From positions 1,481 through 65,480 of the forward strand of contig DASYAD010000395.1 of assembly GCA_036501515.1 (NCBI GenBank): a stretch of DNA of 64,000 nt. Reading direction: 5' to 3'. Positions 20,541 to 28,951 of the stretch are shown in pieces. The position numbers and the translations under genes are program-made. The stretch's first letter is position 1; each line of letters begins with the position of its first letter. Under the pieces are notes generated by a model. It searched no databases. It was not told the DNA's origin and saw only the letters and a list, made by a program, of their open reading frames with translations. This stretch comes from Trebonia sp. (GTDB lineage Bacteria; Actinomycetota; Actinomycetes; Streptosporangiales; Streptosporangiaceae).

Positions 20541-20908
20541 GCGTCCGGAGCGGCTTCCTGCGAGGGCTGGGGCGAAAGCTGGTTGCCGCGCATAAGCTCA
20601 CCGAGTGTGTAGAGCTTCTGCCTGACGATCTCCCGGCTAGCGTCATCGACTTCGCCGATGATCGTGAGACCGTCCCTCATTGTCACCGGGCGGATGTCGG
20701 CTGGATCGAGATCTTCACGGTCCAGCAGATCGGCGCTCTGGCTCGTGGCGATTACCTGGACGTGCTCGCTCGCCTCGGTGAGTGCGTCGAAAAGCACGCC
20801 TGCCGCGGCCGGGTGCAGCGCGATTTCAGGCTCCTCGATGCCGATCAGCGGCAGTCGGCCGTCAAGGGACTCCGGCTGAAAAAGCGCTGCGAGCACTGCT
20901 GCCGAGCG
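20537..20908 (-). pseudogene. AAA_21/AbiEii-like ABC-ATPase C-terminal fragment
   Basis: [13 protein letters not shown] Walker B/D-loop, VIATSQSADLLD; Walker A absent. Confidence 0.8.
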
Positions 20909-21051
20909 CGAACAGGGACATCGCGGCCCGGCTGTTCATCAGCGAGGCGACGGTCAAGAACCACCTGCTGCATATCTACGTCAAGCTCGGCGTCAACGAC
21001 CGGGCCGCCGCGGTCGCCACCGGGTTCGAGCGGGGCCTGCTGCCGCGCTGA
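20908..21051 (+). pseudogene. LuxR/NarL HTH C-terminal fragment
   Basis: [38 protein letters not shown]. Confidence 0.85.
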
Positions 21052-21162
21052 GTCGACTGAGCGGCGCCGGCGGGCGGTGCCGCTGCCCCCTGAGTAAGAG
21101 GCTCCGGCGGTACCGCGGTGGTGCGGTACCGCCGGGGCGGCAACTGACTGGCGAGGCGGCCG

Positions 21163-22470
21163 CTACGAGCTGGCGGGCACGAACGGGTTGACGAAGCCGC
21201 CAAGCGGCTTGTACTGCCCGTTCTCGATCTCGCTGTACATGACGTCCGTGCTGTGCAGCTGCGGGGCGGTGGACAGCGGCGACGGGCTGCCCGCGACGGA
21301 GAACGGCGCGCTGGTGCCGACGTTGATCGGCGTCTTAAGGTTCTGGTAGGCGCTCAGCACCGAGGCCCTGGTCACGGTCGGCAGTGACTTGGCGATGTCG
21401 GCGAAGTCGAGCACCGCCGTCCACTCGAGCAGTGACAGCTCGTCCTTCTGCGCCGACGCGTCGGTCTTGTCCATCCAGGTGTTGTAGAGCGCCACCGCCG
21501 GGATGCTGGTCTCCGTGGGCAGGTGCAGGGTGCTCACCACGTAGGTTCCGTCGGCGACGGAGTTGCCGACGGTCTTGATGGCCTGCGGGTCGAAGCTGCC
21601 GATGTTGTTGATGATCTTGCCGGTGTAGCCCGCCTGCCGCAGCGCGGTCATCATCTGCTGCGGGTACGGCCCCGGAGCGGCGATCAGCACCGCGTCGGGG
21701 TTCTGCTTGATCACCTGCTGCGCGTCGGTCGCGCTGATCGCCTGGCCGAGCTGGAAGGTGACGAACTGCGGGGCGGTGCTGTCGCCGGCGATCTTCAGCG
21801 CGGCGGCCGACTCCTGGGCCGTCCCCTCACAAGCCGGGATGCTGCACTGCACGATCGTGACCTTCTTCGCGCCGAGCTTCACCGCGAGCGCGCCGGATCC
21901 GAAGTACCAGCCGGCCGCGACGGAGGTCACCGGAAAGGAGACCGGGCTCGACAGCTCCTGCGGGATCAGCCCGAGACCGCCGGTGAAGGTCAGCTTGGCG
22001 GCGTTGACGGTGGAGAAGAAGCCGGGGAAGACCTCGGTGCCGCCGATGATCGCCACGTCGCCTGACCGGACGGCGGCCGACGCGCAGGTGGCCGCCGTGT
22101 TGGCCTGGTCCTGGTCGTCGCACTGGTTGGCCACCAGCGGGTGCCCGTTGATGCCGCCCGTCGAGTTGATGTAAGCGATGGCGGCCTTCTGCGCGACCGC
22201 GACCTGCGGGTAGGGGGCGAGCGTGGTGCTGGTCAGCGACGTCACCAGGCCGACATCGATCGGGCTGCCGGTGGCCGCGAAACTCGAGCCGGCCTGAGCG
22301 CTGCTGGTGCTCCCGGTGCTTCCGGCGGTGCCGGCGCTGGACGTACTGCCGCCTGAGCTGCTGCAGGCGGTGGCGGCGATGGCCACCACGGCGATCGCCG
22401 CGGCGGATGCCACCTTGACTCGCCTGGCGGGTAGCCAGCTTCTTCGAGACTCCACTCTTTCCCCTCCCAT
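21163..22470 (-). CDS. Liv-type ABC transporter substrate-binding lipoprotein
   Basis: Lipobox-like ATAC, INSTGGINGHPL..CDD, periplasmic binding-protein-6 pattern. Confidence 0.85.
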   Translation of the reverse strand: MGGERVESRRSWLPARRVKVASAAAIAVVAIAATACSSSGGSTSSAGTAGSTGSTSSAQAGSSFAATGSPIDVGLVTSLTSTTLAPYPQVAVAQKAAIAYINSTGGINGHPLVANQCDDQDQANTAATCASAAVRSGDVAIIGGTEVFPGFFSTVNAAKLTFTGGLGLIPQELSSPVSFPVTSVAAGWYFGSGALAVKLGAKKVTIVQCSIPACEGTAQESAAALKIAGDSTAPQFVTFQLGQAISATDAQQVIKQNPDAVLIAAPGPYPQQMMTALRQAGYTGKIINNIGSFDPQAIKTVGNSVADGTYVVSTLHLPTETSIPAVALYNTWMDKTDASAQKDELSLLEWTAVLDFADIAKSLPTVTRASVLSAYQNLKTPINVGTSAPFSVAGSPSPLSTAPQLHSTDVMYSEIENGQYKPLGGFVNPFVPASS

Positions 22471-22533
22471 TGATGGGCCAGTCCTGTTGATGGGGCCAGG
22501 CCTCGCCGGCGACGACGCGCCGGCAACAAGATC

Positions 22534-22550
22534 TGTTCGTCTAGCGAACA
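22534..22550. promoter_or_regulatory. putative IclR operator 1
   Basis: TGTTCGTCTAGCGAACA palindrome between promoter and binding-protein gene. Confidence 0.75.
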
Positions 22551-22570
22551 TGTGGTCATTTGTTGTGGTA

Positions 22571-22600
22571 AGTATGTGACGGCGATTTGCGCGACGTCAA
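22571..22600 (-). promoter_or_regulatory. putative sigma70 promoter for binding-protein gene
   Basis: Minus strand TTGACG-N18-CATACT. Confidence 0.6.
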
Positions 22601-22662
22601 CGGCAATGTCCGGGAAACATTGCGCGGCCGCCGGTCCCGGTCAGCCGGCTCGCCGGCCGCGG

Positions 22663-23835
22663 TCAGCCCGCCCGGACCGGTGCGGACGCGAAACCGCGGG
22701 TGGTGTTGTTGAGCCGCAGGACCGGCTGGCCGGCGGGCTCGAGGGTGCGCACGCGGTCGAGCAGCGCCCGCAGCACGCTGGAGATCTCGAGCCGGGCGAG
22801 CGGCGCGCCCACGCACATGTGCAGGCCGTTGCCGAAGCTCAGGTGGTCCACCGGGTTGCGGGTGATCTCGAAGTCGTCCGGCCGCTGGTAGTGCCGCTCG
22901 TCGCGGTTGGCCGCGCCGAGGAACACGGCGATCCGGCGGCCGGAAGGCACGGTCACCCCGTCGACCGACAGGTCGCCACGGGCGGTCCGGCTCCAGATCT
23001 GCAGCGGCGACTCGATCCGCAGGCCCTCGTTGACGGCGGCCGGAACGAGGCCGGGGCTGGCGCGCAGCGCCTGCCACTGGCCCGGGTGGCCGGCCAGCAG
23101 CCAGACGATGCTGCCGATCGCGTTGATCGTGGTGTCGAAGGCGGGCCCGAGGAAGTTGAACAGCAGCGTGAACGAGCTGAGCTTGGGAATCTCGCCGCGG
23201 TCGTGCGCGTCGAGCACGTCCCAGCCGATGCTCCCCGGCGTCATGTCCGCCTTGGTCAGCGAGTGCATGACCTCGAAGGCCTGCTCGATCACCGGCCCGG
23301 CGGCGACGGCGCGCTCGTTGAGCGGACCGACATTGTTGAACCCCGCCACGCTGCCCTCGACGCACTGGTCGAGGACCGGCAGCGGGACGCCGAGGACGGC
23401 GCCGGTGAACCGGGTGACGAACGGCCGGGCCAGGTCGCTGGCCGCGTCGAACGAGTCCCGGCCCAGGCAGTCGTCGAGCAGCTCGGCGGCGATCTTGTCG
23501 GCCAGCGGCTCAACCTCGCGCAGCCGGCCGAGCCGCAGCCGCTTGATCATCACGGTGCGGGCGACATCGTGCTCCGGCGGGTCGGAGGCGACGACGGTGC
23601 CGCGCATTTTCTCGTTGTGCCTGGCATTGAACCCGGGACCCTCGGTCGAGGAGAAGTGCTGCCAGTCCTTCAGGCCGGCCCGGACGTCGTCGAACCTGGC
23701 GATGCCGAGCACGTCGTACCGGGGGAGGCTGAACACCGGGCCGGCGTCGCGCAGGGTGCGGTAGTAGCCGTACGGGTCGGTGAGCGACTCGTCGGAGAAC
23801 GGATCGAAGTCGAAGGCGGGAATCTGCTCGGCCAT
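22663..23835 (-). CDS. cytochrome P450 (CYP199-like)
   Basis: DPPEH, PAFDTT I-helix, EGLR, FGNGLHMCVG, C-terminal LNNTTRG. Confidence 0.9.
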   Translation of the reverse strand: MAEQIPAFDFDPFSDESLTDPYGYYRTLRDAGPVFSLPRYDVLGIARFDDVRAGLKDWQHFSSTEGPGFNARHNEKMRGTVVASDPPEHDVARTVMIKRLRLGRLREVEPLADKIAAELLDDCLGRDSFDAASDLARPFVTRFTGAVLGVPLPVLDQCVEGSVAGFNNVGPLNERAVAAGPVIEQAFEVMHSLTKADMTPGSIGWDVLDAHDRGEIPKLSSFTLLFNFLGPAFDTTINAIGSIVWLLAGHPGQWQALRASPGLVPAAVNEGLRIESPLQIWSRTARGDLSVDGVTVPSGRRIAVFLGAANRDERHYQRPDDFEITRNPVDHLSFGNGLHMCVGAPLARLEISSVLRALLDRVRTLEPAGQPVLRLNNTTRGFASAPVRAG

Positions 23836-23849
23836 GCTAGCTCCATCGC

Positions 23850-23866
23850 TGTTCGCTCTACGAACA
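23850..23866. promoter_or_regulatory. putative IclR operator 2
   Basis: TGTTCGCTCTACGAACA just upstream of P450 start; minus-strand TTGACG-N17-GATACT at 23888-23916. Confidence 0.75.
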
Positions 23867-23953
23867 TATGGTCACGAACGTACGAGGAGTATCTGCGGTT
23901 CGCCGGGCAGCGTCAATACCCGCGGTGCGGGCACGAGGCTTCAGGTGCGGGCT

Positions 23954-24787
23954 TCAGGTGCGCAGCGTGAAGACCTTCACGAGTTCGCGCGCCGCCTCCT
24001 CCAGGGCTGGCAGGTGGTCGCGGCGGACCGACTCCACCGTGCCCCGCGAGGCGTGCGACGAGACGCTGATGGCCAGCGTCGGACGGCCCGGCCGGCGGAC
24101 CGGCACGGCGCAGGCCCGCATGCCGAGCTCGATCTCCTGGTCGAGGATGCAGTAGCCCTGGTCCCTGATCGCCCGGATGTTCCGCCGCAGGTCGTCGCCG
24201 TTGGCCACGGTCAGCGGCGTCGCCTGGCGGAAATCGGCGGTGACGAGGTAGTCCTCAAGCTCGGCGTCGGCGAGGTCGGCGAGCAGCACCCGCCCGGCCG
24301 CCGTCAGGTAGGCGGGCACCCGGGTGCCGACGGTCAGCGCGAGCATGGTGACCCGGGGGTGCGTGGTCAGCGCCCGGGCCACGAACACCGCCTGGTGCCC
24401 GTCGAGGACGGCCGCGGTGCACGACTCGCGTACCTGCTCGGCGACCTCGAACAGCCTGCCCTGGAGCAGGTCGTCGACCGAGCAGGCGGCCAGGTAGGAG
24501 TACCCGAGTTCGAGGACGCCCGGCCGCAGGAAGTACCGGCCGCCCTGGCAGCCGACGTAATTTTCCGCCTCGAGCGTGCGCAGCAGCCGCCGCGCGGACG
24601 AGCGGTTGAGGCCGGCCGCCCTGGCCACCTCGGCGATGGTGAGGAACGGCGCGGCGGCGGAGAAGGCGCGGATGACCGCCATGCCGCGGGTGAACCCGGT
24701 GACCAGCTCGCTGCGCTCGCTGCTCTCCTCCTCGGCCTGGTTCTCTTCGTCTGGCGGGCTCTCGGCCGGAAGTACGGACACGGGCAC
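23954..24787 (-). CDS. IclR family regulator (PcaR/PobR-like) #1
   Basis: GFTRGMAVIRAF, LTIAEVARAAGLNRSSARR, VLELGYSYL, DQEIELGMR. Confidence 0.93.
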   Translation of the reverse strand: MPVSVLPAESPPDEENQAEEESSERSELVTGFTRGMAVIRAFSAAAPFLTIAEVARAAGLNRSSARRLLRTLEAENYVGCQGGRYFLRPGVLELGYSYLAACSVDDLLQGRLFEVAEQVRESCTAAVLDGHQAVFVARALTTHPRVTMLALTVGTRVPAYLTAAGRVLLADLADAELEDYLVTADFRQATPLTVANGDDLRRNIRAIRDQGYCILDQEIELGMRACAVPVRRPGRPTLAISVSSHASRGTVESVRRDHLPALEEAARELVKVFTLRT

Positions 24788-24797
24788 GGCCTCCTCA

Positions 24798-24891
24798 ATG
24801 TTCGCTGAGCGAACAGACGGTCGTCTATTGACACATGCCGGAAACGAGAACTACCGTACTCCACATCCGGCATTTGTACGTCTGGCGAACA
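24798..24891 (+). promoter_or_regulatory. operator-promoter-operator module A driving the Rieske operon
   Basis: TGTTCGCTGAGCGAACA (24799-24815), TTGACA 24828-24833, N18, TACCGT 24852-24857, TGTACGTCTGGCGAACA (24875-24891). Confidence 0.8.
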
Positions 24892-24970
24892 TCCGGTCAT
24901 TTTTCACCGCTAGCCACCGGTCGCCGGCCGCATCGTGATTCCGCGGAACTGAGAGAAACGGAGAGCAGTC

Positions 24971-26296
24971 GTGATCAGTGGCCAGGAAGCCGATGAGCTG
25001 ACCAAGGTGGGGCCGGGGACGGCGACCGGCGCCTTCCTGCGCCAGTTCTGGGTCCCGTTCCTGCCGTCGGACGCGGTCACCGCGGGGGGCGAGCCGTTCC
25101 CTGTCCGCCTGATGGGGGAGGACCTGCTGGCCTTCCGGCGCGAAGACGGCGCGACGGGGCTGGTGGACACCGCCTGTGCGCACCGCCGGGCGCCGCTCCT
25201 GTACGCCCGCAACGAGGGCTGCGGGCTGCGCTGCGTCTACCACGGCTGGCAGTTCGACATCACCGGCCAGTGCACCGACATGCCGGCTGAGCCGGCCACC
25301 AGCCGGTTCAGGCAGCACATCAAGATCAAGGCGTACCCGGTGCGGGAGCGCAACGGCGTGCTGTGGACCTTCATGGGGACCGGCGAGCCGCCCGAGCTGC
25401 CTGACCTGGAGTGGAACCAGGTGCCCGCGGAGAACGTGCACGTCTCCTTCCGGGTGCAGGAGACGGACTGGCTCAGCGCCTACGAGGGCGAGATCGACTC
25501 GGCCCACGCGCCGATCCTGCACGGCCGCCTGGACACGACAAGCAAGCGGTCCAACACCATGGCCGCCAGGACCGGGCGCCCCGTCTTCGACGTGGTGCAG
25601 CAGGACTTCGGGGTCAGCGTGGGCGCGCGGCGGCCGATCGGCGACGGCGCCGAGCTGTACTGGCGCGTCAACCAGTTCGTGCTGCCGTTCTACACGCTGG
25701 TGCCGCCCAAGAGCGCGGAGTGGGCCGAGCTGACCGGGCACGCCTGGGTGCCGATCGACGACACCCACACGCTGTGCGTCGGGTTCACCTACCTCCCTGA
25801 CCGGCCGCTCAAGGAGCGGATGGTCGACATCTTCGTCAACAGCGCCAAGGGGCGGGAGACCGGCCACCCGAGCAAGCTCGCCTACGACGACACGATCCCG
25901 CACAACGAGCCGTACTGGCGGTTCATCTCCAAGTACCGGCGCGCCACCAACTTCCTGTTCGACTACGAGCTGCAGCGCGAGACCTATTTCTCCGGGCTGC
26001 CCGGGCTGTGGGTGCAGGACTCGGGCACCCAGTCGGGCGCCACCCACCTTGCGCCGCGCCGCCACGAGCACCTGACCTCGAGCGACGCCGGCCTGGTGGT
26101 CGCGCGGCAGACGATGCGCGACTGCGTGGAGGCCTACCGTGCATGCGGCGAACTCCCCCCGGTCGCGGTCAGGCCCGACCTGTACCGCGTCCGGTCGGTG
26201 GCCGCCGTGCTGAAGAGCGACGAGTCGTGGACCGAGGCGCTCGACGGCTTCATCCGCCGCTCCGGCGGCGCGCCGCTCGGCTACGAAGTCCCCTGA
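24971..26296 (+). CDS. Rieske non-heme iron oxygenase alpha subunit (phthalate 4,5-dioxygenase/LigXa-like)
   Basis: LTKVGPGT N-terminus, CAH..CVYH Rieske motif, EGEIDSAHAPILH, VQD. Confidence 0.92.
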   Translation: MISGQEADELTKVGPGTATGAFLRQFWVPFLPSDAVTAGGEPFPVRLMGEDLLAFRREDGATGLVDTACAHRRAPLLYARNEGCGLRCVYHGWQFDITGQCTDMPAEPATSRFRQHIKIKAYPVRERNGVLWTFMGTGEPPELPDLEWNQVPAENVHVSFRVQETDWLSAYEGEIDSAHAPILHGRLDTTSKRSNTMAARTGRPVFDVVQQDFGVSVGARRPIGDGAELYWRVNQFVLPFYTLVPPKSAEWAELTGHAWVPIDDTHTLCVGFTYLPDRPLKERMVDIFVNSAKGRETGHPSKLAYDDTIPHNEPYWRFISKYRRATNFLFDYELQRETYFSGLPGLWVQDSGTQSGATHLAPRRHEHLTSSDAGLVVARQTMRDCVEAYRACGELPPVAVRPDLYRVRSVAAVLKSDESWTEALDGFIRRSGGAPLGYEVP

Positions 26297-26327
26297 CCGC
26301 CCGCACCTGAGAGAGGAGCCACTGTCC

Positions 26328-26522
26328 ATGAGGATCGCCGTCAGCCGGGAGCGCTGCAAGGGTCACGGCCAGTGCGAGCTGTTCGCGCCCGACGTGTTCG
26401 AAGTCGACGACGAGGCCCTGGTCGTCCTGAAGACCCCCGAGGTCACCGGGAGCGGAGAGAAAGACGTCCGGGAGGCTCTTCTCCACTGCCCGGAAGCGGC
26501 GATCTTCGAGGAACCGGCGTGA
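26328..26522 (+). CDS. monocluster [3Fe-4S]/[4Fe-4S] ferredoxin
   Basis: CKGHGQC..APDVF..CP; GAGGAG RBS. Confidence 0.9.
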   Translation: MRIAVSRERCKGHGQCELFAPDVFEVDDEALVVLKTPEVTGSGEKDVREALLHCPEAAIFEEPA

Positions 26523-26872
26523 CCTGGGCAGCTCACACGGTCGGCGACTACCTGCGCATCCCTTACCTGGTGACGGCCGAGTCGCAGCCGCGGGCTGACG
26601 GCAGCTGGATCCGCCACGTCGAGCACCCGGAACTGCCGGACTGCTCGGCTGAGGCGGACTCCATCACCGACGCTCTGCAGCTGCTCGACAAGCGCCGCAT
26701 CCAGGTCGTGATCGCGATGCTGTCCCGCGGCGAGGTTCCCGCCGCTCGGCGCCCGCCGCTCGGTGAGCAGCAGGCGCTCGGCCGGGTGCGCAGGGCCGGG
26801 CTGGCGGACCGTGTCGCGTCGCTGTGGGACCGGGACGCGGCCGGGCTGGCCGCGGCCGGCCCGGTCAGCTGA
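26519..26872 (+). CDS. HicB-like fold protein (orphan, no hicA)
   Basis: YLRIPY..DGSW..HPELPDCSAEADSITDAL resembles the HicB N-terminal pattern; GTGA overlap with ferredoxin. Confidence 0.65.
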   Translation: MTWAAHTVGDYLRIPYLVTAESQPRADGSWIRHVEHPELPDCSAEADSITDALQLLDKRRIQVVIAMLSRGEVPAARRPPLGEQQALGRVRRAGLADRVASLWDRDAAGLAAAGPVS

Positions 26873-26900
26873 CTACCCCGTACTACGCCAGGAGGACGAC

Positions 26901-27827
26901 ATGCCGGTCAACGGACTGCACAGCTTCGGCCTCGACGTCCCCGACGCCGAAGTCGCTGCCCGCTACTACTCAGAGTTCGGGCTGCGGACGGCCGAGCGCG
27001 GCGGCGCCCTGCTCGCCCGCTGCGCCGGGCGTGACCAGGACCAGCTGCAGATCAGGGAGGCCCGGCGCAAGCGGCTGACCTGGGTTGCCTTCAGCGTCGA
27101 GCCCGGATCGCTCGACGAGCTGTCCCGCCGGGTGGTCGCGGCGGGCTACCCGCGCACCGACGGGCCTGACACGGGCGCCGACGGGCACTGGTTCCGCGAC
27201 CCGGACGGCACGCCGGTCCGGCTGTCAGAAGAAGAGCCGGCCAAGTCCCGGCCGTACCAGCCGCTGCCGCTCAACGTCGACGGCGCCTACCCGCGCACCA
27301 ACCGGGCCCGCTGGCTCGAGGTACGCGACGCCGCCGCCCCCAGCCCGCGGCGCCTGGGGCACGTCATCAAGTACTCGCCTGACATCCCCCGCGCGGAGCG
27401 CTTCTACCTCGGCGCCCTCGGCCTGCGGCTGTCTGACAGCATGGCGGGCCGGCTGTCGTTCTGGCACTGCGGCCAGGGCGACCACCACATCTTCGGCGTC
27501 GGCGCGAGCCAGGCACCGGGGCTGCACCACGCCAGCTTCGAAGTGGCCAACGTGGACGAGATCGCCCGCGGCGCCGGTCACATGGCCGAACGCGGGCACC
27601 GTGACCAGTGGGGTCTGGGCCGGCATACGTTCGGATCCAATCTCTTTACTTACATCAAGGATCCGTGGGGCAGCTGGACTGAGTACTTCGCCGACATCGA
27701 CCAGATCACCTGCGCCTGGCAGGGCCGCGAGTGGACGCGTGCTGAGTCCGGGTCCGCGGTCTGGGGACCGCCGATGCCGGCCGACTTCCACCGCAACACC
27801 GAGGGACCCGATGCGGACGACGAATGA
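26901..27827 (+). CDS. VOC-family extradiol ring-cleavage dioxygenase-like protein
   Basis: Two VOC domains; RLGHV, DHH, LHHASFE, GLGRH..SNLFTYIKDPWG..EY. Confidence 0.85.
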   Translation: MPVNGLHSFGLDVPDAEVAARYYSEFGLRTAERGGALLARCAGRDQDQLQIREARRKRLTWVAFSVEPGSLDELSRRVVAAGYPRTDGPDTGADGHWFRDPDGTPVRLSEEEPAKSRPYQPLPLNVDGAYPRTNRARWLEVRDAAAPSPRRLGHVIKYSPDIPRAERFYLGALGLRLSDSMAGRLSFWHCGQGDHHIFGVGASQAPGLHHASFEVANVDEIARGAGHMAERGHRDQWGLGRHTFGSNLFTYIKDPWGSWTEYFADIDQITCAWQGREWTRAESGSAVWGPPMPADFHRNTEGPDADDE

Positions 27828-28951
27828 CCGCTAGGTCCGCGGCGGCCTTCACCGGCGCCGGGTACAGCGCCGTCGACCGCGGCTCGGACCGCGGCATCGT
27901 GGCCTACGCGCTCGACGCCGCCGTCGATGCCCTCGCGGCGGCCGGCGTCAGCCGGGACGAGATCGACGGCTACGTGGGCATCGGCACCTCGCCGAATCCC
28001 GGCGCGGCCCACGTCGACGGCGCCGACCAGGTCTCGGCCTACCTGATGGCGCAGGCGCTGGGACTTGGCCCGCTGTCCTGGGCGGCCGACGTGTCCGGGT
28101 TCGCCGTCAACATGGCCGCCACCGCGGCCCAGGCGATCGCCAGCGGCGAGTGCCGGGTCGTGCTCGGCGTGCGCGCGGTCTACCACGACAAGGCGATGCG
28201 GGCCGCGCCCGAGCCCGAACCGCTCGCCCGCGGCCGGGCGCAGTACACGCTGCCGTTCGGCACCGGACCTGGCGGCACCCGGTTCGCCGCCCGGGCGCGG
28301 CGCTACCTCGAACTGTCCGGCGCCCGCCGCGCGGACCTGTGGCACGTAGTCAGGGCCGCCCGCGCGCACGCCGCGAACAACCCGGTCGCCTGTTTCCGCG
28401 ACGTGCCGCTGTCCCGCGAGGACTACCTGGCCGCGCCGGTGACCGTCGACCCGCTGTGCCTGTTCGACTGCGACATGCCGGTCTGCGGTGCGGGCGCCTT
28501 CGTGATGGTCGCGGCCGACCAGGCCCGCGCGAGCGGCCGGCCCGCCGCCTACCTGCGCGGCTGGGCCAACTGGACGAACGCGGACTCGATCTTCGAGCGG
28601 TCGGGCGTCGCCCGCGCGGACATCGGTGTCTGCCAGCTCTACGACGGCTACTCGCCGATGATCTACGAATGGCTTGAACGGCTCGGCTGGTGCGACGAGC
28701 ACACCGCGTGGAAGTTCGTCGCCGACGGCGGCACCGCGCCGGGCGGCGCGCTGCCGGTGAACACGTTCGGCGGCGCCCTGGGCGAGGGGCGGCTGCACGG
28801 CATGGGCCACCTGCGCGAGGCCATCGTCCAGGTGATGGGCACGGCCGGGCCGCGCCAGGTCGACGGGGTGCGCCACTGCCTCGTCCAGATCGGCCCGTTC
28901 GACCTCTCGGCCCTCGCCGTGCTGTCCACAGAACCAGGAGGAGACCGATGA
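27824..28951 (+). CDS. SCP2-type thiolase-like protein (Ltp2-like putative aldolase)
   Basis: NNPVA, PLCLFDCD, QLYDGYS, PVNTFGGALGEGRLHG. Confidence 0.85.
   Translation: MTARSAAAFTGAGYSAVDRGSDRGIVAYALDAAVDALAAAGVSRDEIDGYVGIGTSPNPGAAHVDGADQVSAYLMAQALGLGPLSWAADVSGFAVNMAATAAQAIASGECRVVLGVRAVYHDKAMRAAPEPEPLARGRAQYTLPFGTGPGGTRFAARARRYLELSGARRADLWHVVRAARAHAANNPVACFRDVPLSREDYLAAPVTVDPLCLFDCDMPVCGAGAFVMVAADQARASGRPAAYLRGWANWTNADSIFERSGVARADIGVCQLYDGYSPMIYEWLERLGWCDEHTAWKFVADGGTAPGGALPVNTFGGALGEGRLHGMGHLREAIVQVMGTAGPRQVDGVRHCLVQIGPFDLSALAVLSTEPGGDR

Noticed and set aside
26519-26872. Complete HicAB toxin-antitoxin module
   Set aside because: No HicA-like ORF on either side; neighbours are a ferredoxin and a dioxygenase
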